A stretch of 45,469 nt of DNA from Pedosphaera sp. (GTDB lineage Bacteria; Verrucomicrobiota; Verrucomicrobiia; Limisphaerales; SIBH01). This document shows positions 37,629 to 45,469 of this stretch, piece after piece. A program made the translations under genes and the position numbers. Numbering within the stretch: the first letter of the stretch is position 1; each line of letters begins with the position of its first letter. The notes below the pieces were generated by a model. It searched no databases. It was given only the letters and a program-made list of their open reading frames with translations, and had not been told where the DNA came from. The DNA is taken from assembly GCA_031414955.1 (NCBI GenBank), contig JANOQV010000003.1, forward strand, positions 1 through 45,469, in the 5' to 3' direction.

Positions 37629-38257
37629 CCTTGAATGAAGTAGCTGAGGTTTTCGAGTTCCATGGCGAGGTTGACGTTGCTCACCATCACTTCCTCCGGC
37701 ACCACCAGTACGATGGGGGCAAAGTTGAGAATGCCTGTGATGCCCGCTTGAACCAGGGAGTTCGCCACTTCCTGCGCAGCTACGGCCGGCACCGAGATAA
37801 TGGCCATTTTGACGTGGTGAGACTGAAGAACTCCTGGCAGTTCATCCATGCCATGCACCGGCACGGGCAGCTTCCGATCCTTCGACCGCCGGGCGTCGGC
37901 ATCGAAGGCCGCGACCACTTCAAAGCCCTGCTCCTGAAAACCCTTGTAGGAAAGCAGCGCGGTGCCGAGATTGCCGATGCCGACCAGCACCACCGGTTGC
38001 AGGCTGCTCGTGCCCAGCAGATCAGTGATCATGTGCGCGAGTTGATCCACGTCGTAGCCCAGGCCGCGCGTGCCGAACTGGCCGAAGTAAGTGAGGTCTT
38101 TGCGCAACTGAGTGGACTTGACCCCGGCGACCTTGGAAAGCCCCTCGCTGGACACCGTGCGGATGCCATTGGTCTTGAGCCGCTGGAGACAGCGCAAATA
38201 AATCGAGAGACGATAAATCGTCTTGCGCGGAATCTCGGGGCGGTTCGGTTTCTTCAA
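37625..38257 (-). CDS. rex: Redox-sensing transcriptional repressor Rex
   Basis: 'RLSIYLR', 'QLRKDLTYFGQFGTRGLGYDV', 'GIGNLG.AL', 'GILNFAP'. Confidence 0.95.
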   Translation of the reverse strand: MKKPNRPEIPRKTIYRLSIYLRCLQRLKTNGIRTVSSEGLSKVAGVKSTQLRKDLTYFGQFGTRGLGYDVDQLAHMITDLLGTSSLQPVVLVGIGNLGTALLSYKGFQEQGFEVVAAFDADARRSKDRKLPVPVHGMDELPGVLQSHHVKMAIISVPAVAAQEVANSLVQAGITGILNFAPIVLVVPEEVMVSNVNLAMELENLSYFIQG

Positions 38258-38303
38258 AGCGGCGGGACAATTACTTCAAAGCAGGCGGGCAAGCAAGCGC
38301 GGC

Positions 38304-41300
38304 TCAGTCTATGAACATCAATTCGTTCGAGAGCAGCAGCACCTGGGCGTATTTCTCCCACGCGGTCAGCACGCGGTGCTGCTTGGGCGGGCCGCCGAAA
38401 TCCGTCTTTGCATTCCACGCCCCGCCTTTGCCGCCGGACGCGTCGAGGTAGCGGACCTTCGGTGCCCAGGTAAACGAATCCGAATCCACGCTCTTTCGCA
38501 AATCGACGCTGAAGTCGATGGTGTCGCCACGCTTCACCTCCACGCGCTCGACGTTCGTGGTCGCCTTGCTGTTGTGGATGGTCCACTCGCCCAACTTGCC
38601 GGCGGCACTGCTGACCACACGCCCGCGCACGCCGTCGCCATTGGCGGTCTCGTGCCTCAATTGTCCGGAAATCTTGATCGCGCCATCGTGCGGCGCGCGC
38701 CAGCGGCGAATGGCCGCGTGCTGAGAATCATTTCCGACGTGCCCACCCTCGGCGGTCAGCATCACCCAGCCGAACTTGGCGTCGGGCAGTTTCTCCCCGC
38801 CCTGCCAGGTCGATCCGATGAAGCGCGGCAGCGCGGTGAAGCCCTTGGTGCGCGCGGCCTGCTCGTCGAATCCACCGAAGCCATACTGCCACACCGGCGT
38901 CTCCATCAGCGCCGGAGCCACGCCCGCCGATGTCGCTAGAAATTGTTTGGCGAAGGCGACTTCCTCGCGGTCGGCCGCACGCTGGAAAGCGAGGCGATGC
39001 AACCGTTCGATCTTTTCCGCATCAGTCCGCGCTGCCTTCACCGCCGGCCGCGCCAGCAGACTCTCCGCCTGCTGCACCACGAACGGACTGTTCAAGAGGA
39101 AGAGCGCCTGCTGCGGCACCGTGGTGTAGAACCGCTGTGGACTGGTCGCATCCGGGCTGGCGAAATCGAAGGTGCGAAAAATCCCAGGCAGGTTCTGTCG
39201 CTCGACGAACGCATACACCGTCCGGCGCGAAGTGAACGGCTCGGTGGTGATGTCACTCGCGTGCCCGCCCATCGTCTGGTCCAGGCGAGCCGAAACGGCC
39301 AGCAGCGTATCGCGCATGGCCTCGAAATTCAGGCGCTGGCGGTTCATGCGCCACCAGAGATCATTGGCCGGATCGATTTTCAAGCCCGCCGCATTCTCGT
39401 CGCTGGACTGCTGGTAAGTGCTCGAGAGCAGGATCAGCTTGTGCAACTTCTTGAGCGACCAGCCCTCGGCCATGAAGCGCGCGGCCAGGTGATCGAGCAG
39501 CCCTGGATTCACCGGCGGATCCGTGCGCAGCCCGAAGTCGCTTGGCGTGCGCACCAGCGGAGCGCCGAAATGATGGAGCCAGACGCGATTGACCATGACC
39601 CGCGCGGTGAGCGGATTGTTCGTGCTCGCGATCTGCCGGGCCAACTCCAGACGGCCGCTGCCTTTCTTGAACGGCTCGCGTTTGCCTTCCGTCAGGATTT
39701 CGAGGAACTGCCGGGGAACTTTGGGACCGTGGTTGCCGGCATTGCCGCGCACGAAGACCACCGGCTCGACCGGCGTCGCGCGATCCTTCAGCACCATGGC
39801 CCGGGGCGGGGCGCCGGCGTGCGTGGCATCGAGTTCGTCAATTTTCCGCCGGAGCGCACGCACCTTCTGCTGCGCAGGCGTGTCGAAGAGGCGATACATC
39901 TCCTCCGATTCCATGCTGAACGGCGAGTCGTCCGCATAGAGCACCTGACGCAAGGCCTCGCGGTTCTTGTCGGCAAAGGCCGTCGGCGCGTTCGCCTTCG
40001 CGGCTAGCTCGCGCCATTGCTTGTCGGTCGCCTCGAACAGCTTGTCGTAACGGTCGGCCACTTCTTTGAGCGAAGCGGGCGCGTTCGTGAACAACGCCGC
40101 CACCAGCGGGTTCAACTGGTTCGTCGCGCCGTCGTTCATGGCAAATCTCTCCGCCAGCGGTTTGGCCGCCTCGGCAAAATTGGTCTTCGCCAGTGCGGTG
40201 AACGCGAGCCACGGACCGAAGATGGCGTCCGACTGCTTCGCCAGCCGCTCGTTCCACTTGCCCACGACCCGCGACGTCAGCTTGCGCTCGCGGGCGACGG
40301 AGTCCTTCTTCTCCTTGTCCATCCCTTTGGTGTCCGCGGCCGCGAGCAGATACTCTCCGACTTGTGAACGCAGCTTGGTCAGCAGTTCGGCCTCTTTCTC
40401 CGCGCGATACTTTTTTGCCTCGTCCTCGCGCTTCTGTTTCTCCAGGAGGTAATCCGGATAATCCTTGGGCAGCGCCTTGTCGCCCAGCAACGGCTTCTCC
40501 GCCGGCTCCTCGCTGCTCGCGAACACGCCGTAGATTGAGTAGTAATCCTTGGTCGGAACCGGGTCGAACTTGTGGTCGTGGCAGCGCGCGCAACTGACCG
40601 TCAACCCCATCAGGCCGCGCGACACCACGTCGATCCGGTCGTCGATGATGTCCGGTTGGTTGTTCAGGAAGCGCCGGCCCAGCGTGAGAAAACCGAGCGC
40701 GGCCAGCGGACGCTTGTCTTCGCCCAGCGGCAGCAAGTCCGCCGCGATCTGCTGCACGATGAACTGGTCGTAGGGCAAATCTTCGTTCAGCGCACGAATG
40801 ACATAGTCGCGATAAGTGTATGAAAAAGCGTAGCGCCGTTCTTCCTCGAAGACGTAGCCCTTGGTGTCCGCGTAGCGCGCCACATCCAGCCAGTGCCGGC
40901 CCCAGCGTTCACCGTAGTGCGGCGAAGCCAGCAGGCGATCCACGACTTTGGCAAAGGCGTCCGGCGTCCTATCGGCGAGGAAAGCCTCGACCTCCTCCGG
41001 CGTGGGCGGCAGGCCGATCAAGTCGTAGCTCGCGCGGCGGATGAGTGTGCGCTGGTCGGCGCGCGGCGAAGGCCTCAGCGACTTCGACTCCAGTTTCGCC
41101 AGCACAAATCGGTCGACAGTGGTCTGCGCCCACTTGGTGTTCTTGACCGCAGGCACGACGGGCGGACGAACGGGCTGATAGGCCCAATGTTTCCTGGCCT
41201 GGTCCGTGACCAGACTGGTCACCGCCGCCGCCGCGTTGGTGCGGGGATCAGGCGCGCCCATTTTCACCCAGGCCTCGAAGTCGGCAATTTGTTCCGCCGA

Positions 41301-41618
41301 GAGCTTCTTGTCCTTGGGCGGCATCTTGAGTTCCTCGTCCGTGTAACGGATCGCTTTGATGAGGAGGCTTTTCTCCGGATCGCCCGGGACAATCGACGGT
41401 CCGGTGTCGCCGCCCTTGAGCGTGGCGGCGCGGGTGTCGAGCAGTAGTCCGCCCTTGACCTTATCCGAGGTCGAGGCATGGCACTTGTAGCATTGGTCCG
41501 CGAGCACCGGCCGGATCTTCTTTTCGAAGAACTCAATGCCCGCCGCGCCGTCGGCGGCGCGTGCGCTGGCGGTCGCGCTGAGGACCGCCACGACCATGAC
41601 TGCGATGATTCGATTCAC
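38304..41618 (-). CDS. Planctomycete cytochrome c + DUF1549 + DUF1553 (PSD1) protein
   Basis: 'FFEKKIRPVL..CYKCH', 'HYGERWGRHWLDVARYADT', 'CARCHDHKFDP', 'NPLTARVMVNRVW'. Start uncertain. Confidence 0.9.
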   Translation of the reverse strand: MNRIIAVMVVAVLSATASARAADGAAGIEFFEKKIRPVLADQCYKCHASTSDKVKGGLLLDTRAATLKGGDTGPSIVPGDPEKSLLIKAIRYTDEELKMPPKDKKLSAEQIADFEAWVKMGAPDPRTNAAAAVTSLVTDQARKHWAYQPVRPPVVPAVKNTKWAQTTVDRFVLAKLESKSLRPSPRADQRTLIRRASYDLIGLPPTPEEVEAFLADRTPDAFAKVVDRLLASPHYGERWGRHWLDVARYADTKGYVFEEERRYAFSYTYRDYVIRALNEDLPYDQFIVQQIAADLLPLGEDKRPLAALGFLTLGRRFLNNQPDIIDDRIDVVSRGLMGLTVSCARCHDHKFDPVPTKDYYSIYGVFASSEEPAEKPLLGDKALPKDYPDYLLEKQKREDEAKKYRAEKEAELLTKLRSQVGEYLLAAADTKGMDKEKKDSVARERKLTSRVVGKWNERLAKQSDAIFGPWLAFTALAKTNFAEAAKPLAERFAMNDGATNQLNPLVAALFTNAPASLKEVADRYDKLFEATDKQWRELAAKANAPTAFADKNREALRQVLYADDSPFSMESEEMYRLFDTPAQQKVRALRRKIDELDATHAGAPPRAMVLKDRATPVEPVVFVRGNAGNHGPKVPRQFLEILTEGKREPFKKGSGRLELARQIASTNNPLTARVMVNRVWLHHFGAPLVRTPSDFGLRTDPPVNPGLLDHLAARFMAEGWSLKKLHKLILLSSTYQQSSDENAAGLKIDPANDLWWRMNRQRLNFEAMRDTLLAVSARLDQTMGGHASDITTEPFTSRRTVYAFVERQNLPGIFRTFDFASPDATSPQRFYTTVPQQALFLLNSPFVVQQAESLLARPAVKAARTDAEKIERLHRLAFQRAADREEVAFAKQFLATSAGVAPALMETPVWQYGFGGFDEQAARTKGFTALPRFIGSTWQGGEKLPDAKFGWVMLTAEGGHVGNDSQHAAIRRWRAPHDGAIKISGQLRHETANGDGVRGRVVSSAAGKLGEWTIHNSKATTNVERVEVKRGDTIDFSVDLRKSVDSDSFTWAPKVRYLDASGGKGGAWNAKTDFGGPPKQHRVLTAWEKYAQVLLLSNELMFID

Positions 41619-41665
41619 TTGATTCTGAAGATGCCTCGGAAATTTCGCCGGCAACAGGGCGCAAT

Positions 41666-42811
41666 TCAGGGCCCAAACAAACCCAGGATTTGCTCCGCCG
41701 CGCGCCCCGCCGCGCCCGGCTCCCCGAGCGAGGCCGCGATGCGGTCGAGTCGCGATTTGACCCTACTGCGACGCGTCTGGTCGCGGAGTAATTCAAGCGC
41801 CGCGCCCGCCACCCGCTCCGCCGTCGCCTGTTCCTGGACAAACTCCGGGAACACTTCCTCGTCGGCCAGGATGTTCGGCATGGCGATCCACTTCACCCGC
41901 ACGATGGACTTGGCAATCAGATAGGTCAGCGCCGACGTCTTGTACATCACCACCGACGGCACGCGGAAGAACGCGCATTCCAGCGTCACCGTGCCGCTCT
42001 TGGCCACGGCCAGATCGGCGTGCGCGAGTTCCTCCGCCAGCGCGGAGCGCAGCTCGAACTCTGGCGGCAAGCCAATTTCCCGCGCAATTTCGACCAACCG
42101 ATCCGAGAGCACCATCACCGCGCACGCGCCGGGAAATTCAGCGCGGATGCGGCGCAGCACCTCGCTCATCACCGGCAGGTGCCGCTGCAACTCCGAGCGC
42201 CGGCTGCCGGGCAGGAACACGATTCGCGGCGCGGTGCGGAAGTCGCGGTCGCCCGGCGCGACCTTCGCCCCAAAGCGATCCACCATCGGATGCCCCACAA
42301 ACTCGACCCGCAACTGCGGCGTGCGCTTCGCGTACCAGGCCTTCTCGAAGGGAAAAATCGCCAGCAGCAAATCGATGTCTCGGGCCAGCTTGTCCGCGCG
42401 GCTCGGACGCGAGGCCCAGACTTGCGGGGAAACGTATTGCACAATTTTCGGATTCCAGCCGCCCGCCCCGTGGCCGCGAACATGTTCCTTCACCGCGTGG
42501 GCAAAGCGCCGGTTGAATCCCGCGAAATCGACGCAGACGATCACGTCCGGGCGCCGCTCGATGGCCAGATGAAGAAGATGTTTGAAGCGGCGGTGGAATT
42601 CCCAGAAGTGGGTCAATGCCTCCAGGCCAAAGACGGCGTTACGGGTGAAATCGAAGATCAATTCCATCCCCGCCGCCTGCATCCGAGGCCCGCCCACGCC
42701 GAAAAATCCAGCCTGGCGGTCACACGGCTCGCGCAACGCCTGGATCAATTCCGAGCCGAGCGTGTCTCCGCTGGCTTCGCCGGCGATGAGCATGAACTGC
42801 GATGGCTTCAC
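41666..42811 (-). CDS. lpxB: Lipid-A-disaccharide synthase
   Basis: 'IAGEASGD', 'YVSPQVWA', 'FVGHP', 'LPGSRRSE', 'SGTVTLE', 'PNIL'. Start at GTG 42811 or ATG 42793. Confidence 0.93.
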   Translation of the reverse strand: MKPSQFMLIAGEASGDTLGSELIQALREPCDRQAGFFGVGGPRMQAAGMELIFDFTRNAVFGLEALTHFWEFHRRFKHLLHLAIERRPDVIVCVDFAGFNRRFAHAVKEHVRGHGAGGWNPKIVQYVSPQVWASRPSRADKLARDIDLLLAIFPFEKAWYAKRTPQLRVEFVGHPMVDRFGAKVAPGDRDFRTAPRIVFLPGSRRSELQRHLPVMSEVLRRIRAEFPGACAVMVLSDRLVEIAREIGLPPEFELRSALAEELAHADLAVAKSGTVTLECAFFRVPSVVMYKTSALTYLIAKSIVRVKWIAMPNILADEEVFPEFVQEQATAERVAGAALELLRDQTRRSRVKSRLDRIAASLGEPGAAGRAAEQILGLFGP

Positions 42812-42854
42812 ACTGGTCACATGGTTGAGGAATGGCACGTCCGGGCTGCGGAGT

Positions 42855-43910
42855 TCAACTGGGGATGGCGGAGTCGACCCGGCCCGCGTTTTCGATCTGG
42901 CGCGTAATATTGAAGGCCAGGTCGAGCGCGCGCATGGCCGACTCGCCATCGACCAGCGGCCTTTGCTTTTCGCGCACGCAATCGACGAAGTGTTGCAGTT
43001 CGAGCTTGAGCGGTTCTTCCTTGGTGATGGGCACCGGTTCGCGGGTGATTTTCTTGCCGCCAAATTCGCTGACAATCGTGGTCTCGCTGGCGTGCAGCAG
43101 TTTCTTCAACAACGAACTCTCCGGCTCGCCGTCCGGGGCCAGCCGGAACACAAATCCCTCCTGCGCGCGGTAATCGAGCGAGATGTAGCTCGGCTCCGGG
43201 CCGCCGCTGAAGACGCGAATCTTTCGCATCCGCTCCGTGCTCACGCGGCTCACGGTCAGGTTGGCAATGCAGCCGTTGGCGAATTTCAGCCGGGCGTTGG
43301 CGATGTCCTCCGACTGGCTCAAGACCGGAATGCCCACCGCGTCCACGCTCACCACCGGCGACTTCACGAAGGCCAGCACGATGTCGAGATCGTGAATCAT
43401 CAGGTCCAGCACCACTCCCACATCCGTGCTACGCGCGGGATAAGGCGAGAGCCGGTGCGACTCGATGAAGCGCGGGGCCGTGACGACGGACTCGAGATAC
43501 TTGAAGACCGGATTGAAACGCTCAATATGGCCGACCTGGATCAGGCAATTCTTCTCGCGGGCCAGCCGAACCAGTTCGCCCGCCGTGGCCAGGTCATTGG
43601 TCATGGGCTTCTCGATCAGCACATGGCGGCCGCGTTCCAGCAACTGCTTCGCGATCTCGTAGTGCGTCGTGGTCGGTGTGACAATGCTGAGCGCGTCGCT
43701 GTGCTCGGCGGCCTCTTCCACGGAATGAAAGGGGCGGGTCTGGAACTTCTCGGCGTAGGCGCGCGTGGTCTCCGGCTTGGAATCGAAGACGCCGGTGAAC
43801 TCCACCGCGCCCGCCGCCGCCATCGCGGCGTAAAGGCGGGCGTGTTCCTTGCCGAGCGAGCCGGTGCCGATGACGGCCACGCGGACGGGATGTAATTTTT
43901 TCACTGACAC
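42855..43910 (-). CDS. Gfo/Idh/MocA oxidoreductase (GnnA-like)
   Basis: 'VIGTGSLG', 'IEKPM', 'QVGHIERFNP', 'DLMIHDLD'; directly upstream of lpxB. Confidence 0.88.
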   Translation of the reverse strand: MSVKKLHPVRVAVIGTGSLGKEHARLYAAMAAAGAVEFTGVFDSKPETTRAYAEKFQTRPFHSVEEAAEHSDALSIVTPTTTHYEIAKQLLERGRHVLIEKPMTNDLATAGELVRLAREKNCLIQVGHIERFNPVFKYLESVVTAPRFIESHRLSPYPARSTDVGVVLDLMIHDLDIVLAFVKSPVVSVDAVGIPVLSQSEDIANARLKFANGCIANLTVSRVSTERMRKIRVFSGGPEPSYISLDYRAQEGFVFRLAPDGEPESSLLKKLLHASETTIVSEFGGKKITREPVPITKEEPLKLELQHFVDCVREKQRPLVDGESAMRALDLAFNITRQIENAGRVDSAIPS

Positions 43911-44061
43911 GCGCGGGAGTTTGCCAGCCCGCCGGAAAGACCCAACACCAAAAACCTCGGGCGCACCAGTCCGGTGCCATCGCCGGGCCAAGCGCAGGCG
44001 TTCGGTTGCCTGGCGGTGGTCCCGGTGCCGGCCCACCGCCGTCACCCCGATCCCTTGTCCC

Positions 44062-44742
44062 TCAGCGCACCGGGCTGGCCGCCGGGTGGCTCATGACCGG
44101 CCGGGTTTCGCGGACCAGGCGGACAAATTCTCCGGCCAGCCGGGTCAGCTCCGTCCAATTCTTCGTCTTCAGGATTTCCGCCGAGACCAGCGACGAGCCA
44201 ACGCCCAGCGCGGCGCAACCCGCCCTGAGAAATTCCGGCGCGGTCGCCAAATCCACGCCCCCCGTCGGCACGAGGCGCAAATGCGGCAGCGGCGCGCGCA
44301 GATTCTTGATGTAGCCCGGCCCGAGCTTGTCTGCCGGGAAAATCTTGATGAAGTCCGCACCCGCCTCATGCGCGAGTTGCGCCTCCGTGGGCGTGTAGGC
44401 TCCAAGCATCACCGGCTTCCCCCGTTGATGAGCGGCTTCGATGATTTCCAACTTCGTGATCGGGCTGATGACGTATTGCGCTCCGGCATCAATGGCCGCA
44501 TGGCACTGGGTGGCATTCAGAATGGTGCCGGCACCGAGCAACACCGCGCCACCGAACTTCGCCTGCACCTCTCGCAACGCCCGGAGCGCGTCCGGCACCG
44601 TCATAGTGACTTCGAGGGCCAGGATCCCGCCAGCCGCGAGCGCCTCGCACACGGGCGCGACCAGTTCGCAGGTGGGCGTGCGAATGACCGCCACCAGGCC
44701 GAGTTCCGCGATGCGGGCGCTGATTTCAGAACGGGACAACAT
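44062..44742 (-). CDS. eda: KHG/KDPG aldolase
   Basis: 'VAVIR', 'LEVT', 'GAGT', 'TPTE', 'KIFPA', 'PTGGV'. Confidence 0.92.
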   Translation of the reverse strand: MLSRSEISARIAELGLVAVIRTPTCELVAPVCEALAAGGILALEVTMTVPDALRALREVQAKFGGAVLLGAGTILNATQCHAAIDAGAQYVISPITKLEIIEAAHQRGKPVMLGAYTPTEAQLAHEAGADFIKIFPADKLGPGYIKNLRAPLPHLRLVPTGGVDLATAPEFLRAGCAALGVGSSLVSAEILKTKNWTELTRLAGEFVRLVRETRPVMSHPAASPVR

Positions 44743-45092
44743 TCGGCCATTGCAAGGAGAGTCGCGGGCGGGGGCAAGACAAAGTTCGCCCCAGGTGAGG
44801 CGCGGAGAGGCGTGTCTTGAAGTGGGGGCGCCATAAAGCCGGCCTGGGCGCGGCCCTTGCACGCCCCGCCGGTGAAGATGTTCTGGTCAAGCTCGTGCGC
44901 CAGTTCCAGGGAGTCGCTTGGCCGGAGGGTGGGGTAATTCGATCTGATAACTGGAGCTGGGGAGGGAATTTCTTTGGCCTTGCTCCTCCCTGCTCTGCGC
45001 ATCGAAGGGTCGAAACCACGGCCAGACGAGATCGCGAGCTGCCACCGGACGGAGTGGGAGGTCTCAACGAGGAAGTGAATGAGAAGGAAAAA

Positions 45093-45170
45093 TGGTCGGG
45101 GCGGAGAGATTTGAACTCTCGACCTCTTGCACCCCAAGCAAGCGCGCTAGCCAGGCTACGCTACGCCCCG
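45093..45170 (-). tRNA. tRNA-Pro(GGG)
   Basis: Reverse complement CGGGGCGTAGCGTAGCCTGG…CTTGC-TT-GGG-GT-GCAAG…GTTCAAATC…CGCCCCGACCA; encoded CCA. Confidence 0.97.
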
Positions 45171-45469
45171 AACCACGCCCGTCCGAAAACGGGCGGCGCG
45201 CAATATCGCGAAGCCCCACCGGCACTTCAATCTTCTTTTCGGCCCGAGAGTGAAGGCGAGCACAGCTAGAAGGTGCTGCCGGGAGAGTGGGCCTGGCCCG
45301 ACGGCTTCCTGCCCGTCACTTTCAACCGCACGGGTGCATCCGTACACCGTTCTTAATTAGGCGGGTTGCCAGAGTTGATCCCAATGGTGGTTGCGGCGGG
45401 CTTCGTCGAGGGCGAGCAGAGCGCGCAAGCCGGGCCGCGTCCAAAATTGTCCGGCCCGCTTGAAGCGGC

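Noticed and set aside
44780..45092. Integrated element at the 3' end of tRNA-Pro
   Set aside because: No integrase and no duplicated tRNA 3' end were seen in the window; eda follows within about 350 bp.

Overview
GC-rich bacterial chromosome segment. The gene content (PVC-type haem dehydrogenase, DUF1549/DUF1553 cytochrome protein, H-x9-DG prepilin-like genes, CotH protein) points to Verrucomicrobiota, probably Pedosphaera/Limisphaera-like; this is an inference. Most of the window is ordinary: an aminotransferase, an ECF sigma/anti-sigma operon, secreted hydrolases (phosphoesterase, GH13, GH32, Deg protease), rpe, an MFS transporter, bamD-lptE, ogt, an amidase, rex, lpxB, eda and tRNA-Pro(GGG). 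The unusual part is an accessory region at about 11.2-17.3 kb with no integrase or transposase. It holds three direct copies of a 140-200 bp sequence that is really the 3' end of a protein-coding gene (…YTG(P/A)ICQHHEYELG…HFKxDLATLREWLNG-stop, resembling a sugar-phosphate isomerase/epimerase C-terminus). These copies separate a truncated vapC, two intact self-promoted toxin-antitoxin pairs and a fused restriction-modification-like gene, which is followed by another orphan gene 3' end (a trypsin-like protease). The layout resembles a cassette array delimited by gene-tail duplications. Just upstream is a candidate ~185-nt structured non-coding RNA with its own promoter and terminator. All calls come from reading the sequence by eye; no searches were run.
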